Shown here piece by piece: positions 24,330 to 37,952 of a stretch of DNA of 64,000 nucleotides (the stretch's first letter is position 1; the number at the start of each line of letters is the position of its first letter). The notes beneath the pieces were generated by a model. The model searched no databases. It saw only the letters and a program-made list of their open reading frames with translations, and had not been told where the DNA came from. Source of the stretch: Octopus vulgaris (taxonomy: Eukaryota). The position numbers and the translations under genes are program-made. The stretch lies in contig OX597820.1 of the NCBI GenBank assembly GCA_951406725.2, forward strand, positions 44,330,001-44,394,000, read 5' to 3'.

Positions 24330-26300
24330 TCTTGGATGTTTGGATGATTGTATTCTATGTTGCCATCCGTGTACATAAAACATTGTATATCGGAAACCTT
24401 CCTCGGAACAATTACAGTTTGTATATTGAATAACTGAATAAACGTAAAACTATATAAGGTTATTCTCAAGAGGAGGGAAACACACATTCATAGTTTATAA
24501 TATTCTTCGTTATCTTATAAATGGTTTCAAATATTTTAGTGTATATGTGGTTGTTTATAGATAGTTAAAGATTAGTTCAGAATTTATTGTTGAGAAGAGA
24601 AAGATATGAAAGCAATATTTCACGTGACTCAGATAAGCAGAGTGAAATAGGTTTGTTTGAACGTTTGCATGGTTAATGAAAGAAACAAAATTTTCAATTG
24701 TTATAGTTTACGACCATATTTTAAGGGCGTACCAGTATTTTTAATTTAGGTCCAGAAAATGTTTTCGTGTTGTATATCTCTCGAAAGAATTACTGATTTA
24801 TCACATGCAGGGTTTTTATGTTGTGTCCATATCAACTGTTATGCAATAAACAATATCTTTGGAGGGAAATCTATGATATTGTGAAGATTCCGTTGGAGGC
24901 ATGCTTTTCAAGGTCGTGTATTTAATATGACCAGGTGACAGAATCATTAAAGTATGGGGAAGCCAACTTTGCCTTAAATCACTAAATAAAAAAAAATCTT
25001 ATACTGGAGTCGATACTTCTCTTTTTGTTTGTTATCTCACGCTTTTTTATTTTGTTTTTGTGGGAAATCGGCTATGTTCAAACCCAGAGAGGGATGGGCT
25101 GCACCAAGTCCAGAAATACCTAAGGCATGCTGTGTCTGAATGTCTGTATGACTGAAAGTCCGTGGCATGACATTGCACTTTTTAGTTAGAAGAGGAATCT
25201 GAGAGTTCTTGTTTGATTCATATTCGATGATATTCACAAAACAAATTGAGTGTTTAGGAAATTTTTACAGTACAGGAGTACTGTAAAAATTTGATATTTT
25301 TTCTGGTTGAGAGGAAGTCTTATCATTCTGCACACTAAATAAAACATATGATACTATACCAATAATAAGCACTTTAAAGAATATTTTAGCCACAATTGTG
25401 GTAACCCTTTGATTAAAAGAATTATACCAAGTAATATTTTAAGATGATTAGAAAATCTCTGGCGGTAGTGTAACGATATGCCTGGTTTTCCGAATGGGGA
25501 GAATTGCGATTGTTGTAGATTGAAAGCAAAATCAAGATAGTTTACTATCCTGGGGTTAAATTGGAGTACTATTTTAAAGTTTAATTCAGTAAAAATGATG
25601 TCAGGATCTTTCTTTATTTAGTATGTTTTATGGATCTTTCTTGAAGTAGAACGTTTATAAGAAATATGTCGCTTTTGACTAGCCATCAATGATCTATATC
25701 CCTTCACCATTTAAGGATCCTCCGATATTTCCTATCTCAACCAAATCCTTTGCTTTCCATGCAAAGATCAAACGGAAAACAAGAGGATTTTTTTATCGAT
25801 ATACTATTGTCATAGCATAAAGTTTATCCTGAGGTATAGAATGATAGTAATTTCCGAATTATCGAAGCATGAAAACGTTTTTGCAAAATTCAATGCATCC
25901 ATTAATGGGTTCCCAAATGAATGGTGATAAAATTCTGTATATCAAATTGTGTAAAGTAGCTAATTTCTCTGCTCTGCATGAATTTAAACCATGCGATAAT
26001 CGCATTTTCCGGTCCGAAAGGGGTAATACCTTTATTCGGGGAATTATCTTATCGATGTTGGACTTGCAGAATATCTCAATGTTTCAATATTAGTTTTGCT
26101 TGTGTAGATAAGTTTTGTTGCTAAGTGGCAAAGCAAATTTAGTTTATGATAAAGTTACAGACAGATTTTGCAAAGGATTCCATTCCGTTACCTATTTCTA
26201 CCTTAAATATTAAGGCTTTTCTTTTATGTTTCGGCGTTAATAACGAGCTAAGTTAAGCCAGTCTTCTCGTAATTGTTATTAATTTTACTGGAAAGAAATT
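24330..26300 (-). pseudogene. Heavily decayed Penelope-like element ORF (reverse transcriptase, probable C-terminal GIY-YIG region)
   Basis: Colinear minus-strand remnants KLIYTSKTNI (~26085-26115), QFDIQNF (~25930-25950), LMDALNFAK (~25880-25905), DG motif region (~25685), RIVNYLDFAFNLQQSQFSPFGKPG..HY..SNH (25445-25552). Order and motifs fit PLE RTs. Confidence 0.75.
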
Positions 26301-26735
26301 TATGGTAGCTCACGTAAAGGATTTCATAAGTATTCTTTAATTTATGCGAAGGTACAAATACATATTTAAAAGTTTGGAACATGCTGAGTTTTGAATACAA
26401 GGTTTCCTGAACTTGGTTTACGCTTTTTTTTAATATTGATATTCATAAGCATTTGAAGCAAATTATTTCCAAATCGCATTTGAAATATGTATTTGTAAGT
26501 GCTTACAGACAGAAGGAGCTCCTGCAGTTTCTGCGGGGGGCAATGAATCTCTGATGTTTATTTCACCTACATTTATAATGAATGATATATATAAAATACA
26601 CCTGATCTACATATGATACAATATAAAATATTATATATATATAATATAATATACAATATATATATATACGATATATGTTGTATATAATTACATATATATA
26701 TATATGTATATATATGTGTGTGTGTGTATTGTGTG

Positions 26736-26779
<44 letters not shown>

Positions 26780-26860
26780 CTTAATGAATACATATATGGT
26801 GTTTATTACATAACATTTATCTCAGCGGATGGAGTTTTTTGTTGATTTTCACTAACAGTA

Positions 26861-26895
<35 letters not shown>

Positions 26896-26945
<50 letters not shown>

Positions 26946-26949
26946 GTTG

Positions 26950-27031
<82 letters not shown>

Positions 27032-27052
27032 CATTATTATTATTATTATTAT
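26896..27052. repeat. (TTA)n microsatellite
   Basis: Direct observation. Confidence 0.95.
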
Positions 27053-27598
27053 TGATATTATAAATAAAGGTATCCAAGAGATACCGCCATGCTTGAAATA
27101 GTCAAAACTTGACTCTAAAACCTGACTCTAAAATCATGTATTCAATACAGCAGAAGGTGAAAAGACAAACAGATAAATAAACAAATGAAATTTGAATAAT
27201 TCCAGACCCTGAGTTTCTGGCCCTGTATAAAAATATTTTGCCTTCGTCAATGGAATATACCAAGAATTTTACATAATTACATATATATATACACACACAA
27301 ACATACGAATACTTACTATACGCACGCGTATATATGCATATGTGCACGTATATACACGACCAGTTCAGTTATCCGTCCAAACACCATGTGCTATATGGTC
27401 AAAATACCACCACAATAAATATACCCTTATTATAATTTTAATAATAATCATGACCTATAAGGTTTTTTCTGCCTATGCTGCCATTTGATTTGATCATTAC
27501 TTAAATAATGATCTTATCCTTATTTATATACAAAATTTATATATATGACACTAGGTACAAATATACATACATATATATATATACTTAGATATATATAT

Positions 27599-27660
<62 letters not shown>

Positions 27661-27926
27661 TAGCATTATGACCCGGCGTTGCCGAGTCATAGTGCTAGTT
27701 TGGTATAAATTTGTTAAATTAAAACTTTGGGGTAATAAAACATACAATGACATATTAAAAAGAATTAAAATTCCAAAGAAAAATACATAGAAGATACATA
27801 TACAAATTTACAAAAATACATAAAAGTTCATAAAAGTTTCGGAGATGCACCAATTAATATGAAACATATCATATATTTAAAATTGACACTCCCCCCATCA
27901 GGATGTTTTTTACACAGAACACATCG

Positions 27927-29135
27927 TTTCTTTATTACCCATAAAGGGCTACACAGAGGGGACAATACAAACATTGGGGACATAAAACATCACAATTACA
28001 TAAATATGAAAAATGAAATATGAAAATGATAAATGAAAAATGAAAGTGATGCTAACGGCCCCATCCACTAGCATCACTTACCTGGCCTTCATACTTTATC
28101 CTGAATGTAATACACATCGTGCTCTATCATCGCAAATCTCTTTTCCATTTCCGTTATTATCTCGTCATCTAATTCAAATCTAAACAATTTATAGTTTTTC
28201 TTTTTACATTTTTCCACGAATTCTTCTATACGTTCTTCCGAGATTACAGCGTACCTATCACTGTCCTTGTCACACCAGTGATATTCTTTCAATATTTCTT
28301 TTACGTCTTTTTTCGTCGAAATATCTAGAAAATTGGGCCTAGGTTTTTTTTTGCGGTATCTTGTCTGTTTGCTCCTGTTTTTTGTTTTCTTGTTGGTGGG
28401 GAGAGGGTGGGTTCACTGTCTGCAGGGGAAGGGTGGGTCTGAGAGAGTGCGGGTGGTGTTGGGGTGGATTGGGGTTCAGTACTATTTTTTCCCCTTCTTC
28501 TCTTCCTCCTTCTTCTGCCTTCTTCCCATTGTTTTTGTACCTCATCCTCTTCCGTTGTGTCTTTTTCCGTTGATTTCTGCTCTTTCTCATTGGCCACTAC
28601 CTCTCTTTGAGGTTCCGCATCAATTTCCTTTGACGGGGGAGGGAAGTTAGCTCTTATGTGACTTTTCAGGTCACACTTGTAGCAGCGTGGAGCTCTGCCC
28701 TCCACCCACACTCTCATAATAACACATCCCTCTCATAATAACACATCCCATTCTGATATTCTCAGTCAATTGTTCCAATATTTCAGCCTCTGCTTGCACG
28801 TTTAATTCCAAAACTGCACCCTTCCAGCCTTCATCTTTCACTGTAGCATGGAGGATGTCAACTTCTTCCTCACTTCCACTGATTACGGCTGCTACTATCC
28901 ACTCTCCGTCAACATTAGGAGGTATCCTCTCCACCCTGATCCGAGTAGTTTTTCTACCCAGATATGAGGGCAGAAGGAACACCTTTTCTGTCTTCACCGT
29001 TCTCGCTGCCATTTTCCTCGCCACACTTTCATTCTTGAATTGGACCACAACGGTACCGAAATGTATGCCTCTTGCTTATTATGTCTTCTTCCGTTCTTTT
29101 AATGCTTCTACTATTGTCTCCATACTGACGACTAA
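27927..29135 (-). mobile_element. Second, 5'-truncated ORF1-only Tx1/L1-like retroposon
   Basis: The ORF1 stop at ~28089 is followed by ~160 bp of UTR, with an 11-13-bp hairpin at 28043-28079, ending tgtcccctctgtgtagccctttatgggtaataaagaaa. Confidence 0.7.
28089..29130 (-). pseudogene. Decayed ORF1 with CCHC knuckle
   Basis: ARGIHFGTVVVQFKNESVARKMA..LPSYLGRK..IPPNVDGEW..VWVEGRAPRCYKCDLKSHIRANFP. A 19-bp tandem duplication (tctcataataacacatccc, 28712-28749) causes one frameshift. Confidence 0.8.
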
Positions 29136-29572
29136 TTTTATACGAATTGCTAATACACACACACACATAATAAGGGTGAAAATTTGAATATTAATTTGAT
29201 TAATATGAATTGAAAACCAGTGGTGTAGCATAATAAGACCATAGCGGATCTTCTTCTAGCAAAATGGATGTTAATGGTTCATCCCTGTTATATAATACTT
29301 TCACTTTAATAGTTTCAGTATTAAAATGAAAGTGTCTGCATTACAAAAGAGAGATGCTTTGTTTCACTTTTAACACGTAATACTGAAATAGTGGAAAAGA
29401 TATGATATTGCTGTGGGGTCGCCCTAGGGAAAAAGTTAAGATTTTTTTGCCGATGACACTCCCCGGACCTTAAGTAAGGTATATGTAAAATTTGAATGAA
29501 ATTGGTTGTGTAGTTCTCAAGTTTTAGGGAAACACACAGACAGACAGACAGACAGACAGACACACATTCTCA

Positions 29573-29619
<47 letters not shown>

Positions 29620-29891
29620 CTAAAATAGGATAAAATTTTTACGAAAAAAAAATTTTATCAGTGGCCAGCATATTAAAAAATACCTTTGAAGGTTAAATTT
29701 ATAAACAACTTATAAACAAGGGCAAAAGAAAAAATTTCTAATGCCAAATATGCCGAAAATAGACAAATTGTCAATAATCATATAATTTATCACTATAAAC
29801 ATGCATCTCGAAACAAGGCGACAGAAATTTCTAAAAAAATTCCGTTATTATCGTATCGGTCCCAATTTCAAAGTTAATTCATAAGAATTAT

Positions 29892-30149
29892 GTAGGTAGG
29901 TAGGTAGGTAGGTAGGTAGGTAGGTAGGTAGGTAGGTAGGTAGGTAGGTAGGTAGGTAGGTAGGTAGGTAGGTAGGTAGGTAGGTAGGTAGGTAGGTAGG
30001 TGGGTAGGTAGGTAGGTAGGTAGGTAGGTAGGTGGGTAGGTAGGTAGGTAGGTAGGTAGGTAAGTAGGTAGGTAGGTAGGTAGGTAGGTAGGTAGGTAGG
30101 TAGGTAGGTAGGTAGGTAGGTAGGTAGGTAGGTAGGTAGGTAGGTAGGT
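29892..30149. repeat. (TAGG)n microsatellite, ~260 bp
   Basis: Direct observation. Confidence 0.95.
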
Positions 30150-30437
30150 TTAAATCATCGAGTCAAAAGCAACTCTTCGTGAATCCATAGTCGATACATT
30201 AATAGGATTGTTCCAGAGAAACCATACTATAGTCGTGTCTTTGAGTAATCTCCATTCTCAGATTTGTTGCTTCATCGAACAGATCACTGATCAAAAGTAT
30301 ACCAACCGAGGCCATCATGTCTTTCCCTTAATGTATCTAGAAACTTTTTCTAATATACAACTTTTTGGCTAATGTGTTCTTCCTGAATTTGAACTCAGAA
30401 CGTAGCGGCAGACGAAATACTGTTAAGCATTTCGCCC

Positions 30438-30720
30438 GGCTCAATGGTTATAACGTCGACCTCATAGTCATGAGGTAGCAGGTTCGATTCTCACACCGGG
30501 TTGTATTACTTTATTTTCACGTTTCTCCAGTTCACACAGCTGTAGAAATCAGTTGCCAGGTTGTATCAGCCATTCCCTTTGCTAACATCGATTGCATGGG
30601 GAGAAAAGGGTGGTCTTCCATAAACAATCTTACCAGGATTTGTGCCTCGGGGGATAAATTTCTAGGTGCAATCCCATGGTCATTCATGTTCCGAATAAGA
30701 TCTTTACTCCTTTACCCTTT
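30438..30720 (+). mobile_element. Diverged tRNA-headed SINE with tail resembling 60285-60570
   Basis: ggctcaatggtta..ggttcgattc head and an ctttactcctttaccctt tail. Confidence 0.5.
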
Positions 30721-32304
30721 CTGTGATATTATGGACGTTTATCTGCTGGTTTTAGCAGCTCGAGTAATCTCACAGATGTCTCCTAGGTTATGTAGTGTGT
30801 ATAAATGCGTGTGTGTGTGTGCATAAAAGAGAGAAAGTTATCTTTGAGTTCTTGTTTTATTTTAACTATTGGCAGTTTATTTACCAGATATTTTTGACCA
30901 TATGACCTGAATATCCAATTGTGACGTCATATTCTCTTCTCGAAATATTGTGCTCATGCGTACGCGCCTGTCGTGAGTGTGCGAATATGCATGTGTCAAT
31001 GCATATGTGTGTATGTGTGTGTGTATGCATGTGTATGCTTCGCATTCACCACCACAACAGATTATATTTTTAAACCTTTAAGTATCCTTGGATACACTGA
31101 GTAAATACCAACAGATTAACATTTTTCAGTCCTCCAAAAATAAATTACTTTTCAATGAATATTATTTTTAAAAAATTAATTCGATTCCCAATAATTTTTA
31201 GTTTACGTTTATCAAATCTTATCTGTAATCTTTTATTTATTCATTCATTTTTAATATTGTTTGTTTTCTTATTTTCTGTTGGAAATATATTATTTAGAAT
31301 CTTAACATGTCGGTGTGATTTCTTACCTTTTTATACTTTCTTCATAAATTTAGTTTTTTTTTTTATCGAGGCGTTTCCTAAGTATTTCGTTTAATTTGGA
31401 AAGGTCACATTTATTTAGAATCTCCAAAGCCCAATGGCGTATGTTATTAGTTGGAGTTCAGTGTTGATTTTCTTCAGTCGTCAAGCTATTTATTTATTCT
31501 TTTATGAATCTTTCATTGCGGTGAAAGGAAACTATAACGCAACACGGAACAAAAAATACAATTCGTTACACTTTTGCCAGAAGATATAGCAACTACTTCC
31601 GGTAAATTCTTTAAAGTTTTCGTAAAATTAATCATGTTCTTAAAAAATCATATTCGGTATAATATGAGTTCAAAATATGCAATTTTTTTTCTTTCATCTG
31701 TTTACACATTTATTCATTGGTTTAGACATAGTTCTTTATATTCCGTTTTGCGTTTCGCCATGTTTTCTGAAAACTTACAAAACTGCATCTTGCAAATTTG
31801 TAGAGAACTCTAAAGTCTATAATATCACTACGAATGTATTTGAAAGTGTTTGCTCAGCTGTGAAATTTGAATAAAATACCAACCAGTTCCTTTATTACGT
31901 TATACGAGTAAATATCTGAAAATTAATTCAATCTTTGTTTAATATATGATATTAACCAAAAATCAAACAAAACTGAAAAAAAATGTCAAATATTGTTCGA
32001 TATGAATGAACGATTAATCATATCCTTGGCTTCAGTTATTGACTTCAGTTATTGGTCAGATGCTATGGTGTAGCACCAGCTTCCTGTGTGTGCTAGTCGA
32101 TTGCATGGAACTCAGTAGTAGCCAAGTAGTAATCTAACTGAACCCTGTTTATTGAATTGCTAAGTTGTGACTTGATATAAAAGGACGCAAATCTACAGAC
32201 TGATAAAAGCAAATGTATACGTAGAAACAGACACATTCACACACTCAAGCATGCAGGAATGCGGGGACGCGTGTTTATACACATGCATATTTATGCGCGT
32301 GTGT

Positions 32305-32351
<47 letters not shown>

Positions 32352-32889
32352 ATTATCGGTCTAAACCAGAGGCTGTAACCAGGCTGTAGCACCGGCATTT
32401 GCGCTTATGCTTGCTTATTTTAGACTCACTTCCTGCTCCTGTCTCCGGAATCGTTCATAGTGAAGTAATGAGTAGGAAAAAACTGCCCTTCTTTGCTTTT
32501 CTTGCTTTGCTGTGGGATCATCTGGTACATTAGATAAAAATTTATCCAATTGTTGTTTAAACACAGTTTATCTACACCTCGTATGTCTCTTAGACGAGAC
32601 TATTTGATAAGGTTGTAAAAAATTGCGAGCCTTTGCACTCTAATTTGTTACAGTATTGGATTCTTACTCAGGACGGAGTGGGCGGGATCTTTGGTAATCT
32701 GAGCTTTAGTTCGGAGATTGGTATATGTATGTATATGTATAAATATGTACGTATATATATATATATATATATAAATATTTTTTATCTTATTTTATTGTGA
32801 GTTTTATTGTTATCCTTTTTGTTTTACGTTTTACCGCTGCTTGGAATTTTGTTTTAATTCTCTCGCAGGAACTATAACATGTCCGTCTG

Positions 32890-32949
<60 letters not shown>

Positions 32950-32972
32950 GTTTATGTATGCATATTTTATTT

Positions 32973-33030
<58 letters not shown>

Positions 33031-33254
33031 TATGAGAGGTATTGATGTCAAGAAGGCCCAAAGGTGTCAGGTAACGCTGAGAAAGTGCTATGTACACATC
33101 ATAGTTAAGCTCCAGGTTCGATAATGATACGAATGAGGAGTCCAACGTGGGTCGTGTATTAAGCATGTGTATATATATATATATAACAATTAACAGAATG
33201 AGATAAAAAAGCCCAAGGCTGTGAAAAGTTTTCAGAACATTTATAAAGAGAAGG

Positions 33255-33300
33255 TCTTACAGCTGATTCCGGGATATTTTATATATCCGGTCATCGGAGA
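33255..33300 (-). ncRNA. Degenerate minimal hammerhead motif in a pLTR-like fragment
   Basis: Reverse complement tct-CCGATGA-ccggatat..atatcccg-GAATC-agct-GTA-aga. GAAAC is mutated to GAATC. Confidence 0.45.
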
Positions 33301-33328
33301 GCATTTTCTTGCTTTATATATGCTGTAA

Positions 33329-33449
<121 letters not shown>

Positions 33450-34339
33450 GAGTTGTGCGATCAAAGACAATCTTGGTACAAGTGGTTAGTTAGCATCAAG
33501 CATATATATAGCTTGCAGAGGTGACATAAAGCAGATGATACTCGATCAGCAAAGTTTATTAATCAATGTGTGTTATATACTTCGTCCCACATCAGATATG
33601 ATGGATATCTCGATAAGATGATAACAAATATACAACTCACGATCTAGCAACAAAAATTGTTAATTATGCGATTATAAATTGATATGTGTGTATTGAATGG
33701 AGAAGGTAAATTTGCACTACATATGTTTCCAAGCAAACTGAAAAAGTGTTACGTAACTTAAATGTGTAACATATATATTCAGCTTAACCGTTCTACAGGT
33801 ACCTTTACCTGTGGTTTACAAGTTATTGTCGCAAGTACAAAGGCGAAGAATTTACTAATTGAGGCCACAACAGAATGGTGGGCTGAAAACAAAGTTTAAT
33901 AAAGTAACCAATGAAATTCATTATCAGCAAACAAGCTACATTAGAGAGGAAAGTGTGTATTTTAAGGAAGGCAGTTTTTTATAACAAGAATATAGGTTCT
34001 TGGGGATGAAAGTGCAGAGAACAAAGGAGATGAAAGTCAACGATACAATGCAATCATGCTGGAATTCCGGTGCCAGGGTGACTAGGATACACATAAGGTT
34101 TTAATACTCATTGTATCTGTAAGTTTGACTTTATAGGCTCATATATCTTAAAAAATCACGCCTGGTTGCTTTTTTTTGTATCATTCTTTATCAGGTAAAG
34201 GTACATGAAGAAAAGTTAAGATGAATATATATATTACACCATTGAGTTACGTAACTCATGTTCAGCTTTTCTTGGAGACATAAGCAATACAGACTTACCT
34301 TCTCTAGTCCCTACAACTAACACACACACACACACACAC

Positions 34340-34397
<58 letters not shown>

Positions 34398-34547
34398 TAT
34401 ATGCATACATATATATATGTATGTATATATATATATATATATAGGAATAAATCCAAACTTACAGGGTAAAATGAGATTTAGGATAAATCCAATTTTATAG
34501 TATAAATATATTATATTATATTATATTAAATTAGAGATAAATATATA

Positions 34548-34920
34548 TGGGAATGTCTGTGTGGTAAGAAGCTTGCTTCCCAACCACATGGTTTCGGGTT
34601 CAGTCCTACTTCGTGACATCTTGGACAAGTGGATTCTACTATAGCCTCGGGCCGATTAAGGCCTTGTGAGTGGATTTGGTAGTCGGAAACTAAAAGAAGC
34701 CCATCGTATATATAGATATATATAAATGCCTGAATGTATTTGTGTGTTTGTGTTTGCTCCCGCATCATTGCTTGACAACAGATGTTGGTGTGTTTATGTC
34801 CCCATAACTCACCAGTTCGGCGAAAGAGACTGGTAGAATAAGTAGTAGGCTTACAAAGAATAAGTCGTAAGGTCGATTTGTTCGACTAAAGGCGGTGCTT
34901 CCAGCATGGCCGCAGTCAAA
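34548..34920 (+). mobile_element. SINE-A
   Basis: Full-length family match. Confidence 0.85.
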
Positions 34921-35587
34921 TTACATGGCCTCAGCCAAATATGTATGTGTGTATGTATGTATGTATGTATGTATGTATGTATGTATGTATGTATGTATAT
35001 TTCGGATCAGCCACCACTTTTGAATAAAAGATCATTCTTATATTCTACCATGTGTCTAATTGCTTAAGTACATGGCACTTGACACTTCGGTATCGATTCG
35101 AAAAACGTATATATAGCACGTGAATGAGACGCATGGCGTTTAATCCTTTATCTAAGGTCAGCTTGCTACCTGTGATAAAATGAGAACCGACGAGCTTTCA
35201 ATTTAGAGATAAGCATCCTATACTAAACACATATGCAGTAATTTCTTGTTATTCGATAGCTTAAAATGTTTAAACATTTTATGAGACAATTTATGGATGA
35301 AGAAAGAAAAGAAACGTTTAAACATCTATATAATGGTGATACACAGTCTCATTCATTCGATGCCAAAACCATCTATGCTGCTCACACGTACATATATTGT
35401 TACTATTGAACATATATGCATATATACATACTACATACACACACATACACATACATTTATATATACGTATATATATATATATATATACTCATATATATAC
35501 TCATATATATACACATATAAATATGTATTTACACACGCACTTATATACATACAGACATAAATACATGTATGCATGCATACATATATG

Positions 35588-35818
35588 TTTCTTTATTACC
35601 CACTAGGGGCTAAACATAGAGGGGACAAGCAAGGACAGACAAACGGATTAAGTCGATTACTCCGACCCCAGAGCGTAACTGGTACTTAATTTATCGACCC
35701 CGAAAGGATGAAAGGCAAAGTCGACCTCGGCGGAATTTGAACTCAGAACGTAACGGTAGACGAAATACGGCTACGCATTTCGCCCGGCGTGCTAACGTTT
35801 CTGCCAGCTCGCCGCCTT
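35588..35818 (-). mobile_element. SINE-B with tail 2
   Basis: Near-consensus copy from aaggcggcgagctggcagaaacg to gggtaataaagaaa. Confidence 0.9.
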
Positions 35819-36025
35819 TATGTATGCATGCATACATATATACATACATACATACATACATACATACATACATACATACATACATACATACATACATACA
35901 TACATAGTCCTGTCAAGACAGAAAATGTAATGGAAGTCAATGGTTCACGCTATATTATGACAGACGGACAGACAGACAGACAGACTGACAGACAGACAGG
36001 CAGGCAGACAGACTGACAGACAGAC

Positions 36026-36080
<55 letters not shown>

Positions 36081-36994
36081 ATGACAAACAGATATATGTG
36101 TAGATTGAATATATGTTTATATGCCTATGTATATGTATACATGTGAATATAAGGGCAGACTCGTGCGTGAGTAAATGTCCACGTCTACGTTTCTTTATAT
36201 CTACAATACAATATAAGCATAGATACTTCACTCACATTAGGTCTTCTGTTATGACAGAAATATGTCAAAATACGTTAGACACATCTCCTTATACGAGGAT
36301 AGTCAACGAGTTGTGATGATTTATAATTAATGTACGATGTGAGATTGAAAGGAATTCACAGATATGATGATTGTTCACGGAGCATTCCGGTTTTAGAAAG
36401 CTGGTAGGAACAGAACAAAATTCCCAACACACATACATATAGATACATATATACTCATACATACATACATACATACATACGTACATACATACATACATAC
36501 ATACATACATACATACATACACACATACACACACACACATACATACACATATACATGCATACATACATACATAAGTTCGGACGGACATACGTATGTATGC
36601 ATATAATCTCGCAGTTGTCTGGTTGTTCTCTAGAAACATCTTGGCAAGAATCCATTATTTTTCTATTTCCTTTTCTTTTCTTTAAGTCAAATGAATACAG
36701 TGATTTTATGCATTTATAGGATTGAATTTTTTCTTTTAATCACAGCCTTATTAGCATTCGCACATAGCTGTTATTTCAATTTAGTTGTATCTCTTCAGTA
36801 CGACGTAGTCAGGAATCATGGGATACATTAAGGATCCCTTGAAGGAAAAGGTCGACAGTGACTTCGAAGTTTTGACGCACCCAAAAATCCAATGCCACTT
36901 TTAACATTTTGCTTGTAAAAATAAAAGAAAAAGTATATGACTCAGTTTAAATACCTTAAGTGGTTCTTTGACTATGGATTCTGCGTCTTTGATG

Positions 36995-37029
<35 letters not shown>

Positions 37030-37225
37030 AGTATAATATGTGACAATTATTCGGTTGTCATAATAATACTCCGAGTTTGGGATGTTGGGCAGGTTTCCGC
37101 CCCGACATCCGAAACTCGGAGTTTTATCATGGCAACCGAATAATTGTCGCATATATTACAAATAAATTCCTTTGTTTACATAATATCGAGGTCTCTTTCA
37201 TTCTTTTGTTGTCTTGCCATTACTA

Positions 37226-37273
<48 letters not shown>

Positions 37274-37275
<2 letters not shown>

Positions 37276-37952
37276 ATTGAGATAGGGGTTGTAAATACAA
37301 CCCTCCATGGGATAACATATATCCAATATACTGCTAGTGAAGTACCCAACAAAGTTAATACATAAATGTTGAGAATTGCAATGCAATTAATTCATTTACT
37401 GTATTATATGGGCAAAGGTAAAATGCTTTACCACAAATTCATGTTTATTAATTTATATTATTTATATCATTATGTATATGTATATTTATATGTATAGGAG
37501 TATGAGTATATGCACTCATATGTATATGTATATGTTTTATTATGGGTATGTACCCACACCTATATAAGTATGTATGTAATCTGATTTGTACCACATAATC
37601 TCCGAAGAGGCCTTAGGATATTTTTGTAAATGTTTCATTTATAACTACATATTGACCTACCATAAATGGCTAATATAAGTAAAATGAGACATACTTATCT
37701 ACATGACCGAAACAGCTGTAAGATGTAGTCTATATTTATATTTATGTGTACTTATATTTATTTTCTCTTATACATATTCTACTTATTGTATAACATTACT
37801 ATTTTATGTACACTCCTTTATGTACACTGTTTTGCCCTACATTATTATGTTTAACCTTATAGTTTCTTATGTGGTGGTTTAATAAAGTATGTAATTGAGT
37901 ATTATCTGGTAATTGATATTTGATTTCGATGTATTTCTCCATTTTCTTATTT

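Larger units (their letters stand above)
27659..29585 (-). mobile_element. Non-autonomous Helitron-like element hosting nested insertions
   Basis: One end is ACTAGcattatgaCCCGGCGTTGCCGAG (hairpin plus CTAGT on the minus strand). The other end (29330-29585) reads tatataaaactgagaatgtgtgtctgtctg on the minus strand, with a (GTCT)n tract typical of such elements. Confidence 0.55.

Noticed and set aside
25037-25237. 66-aa ORF as an independent or viral gene
   Set aside because: It lies within the decayed PLE ORF on the same strand and has no recognisable separate domain.
29892-30149. Telomeric repeat
   Set aside because: The unit is TAGG, not TTAGGG. It is an ordinary tetranucleotide microsatellite.
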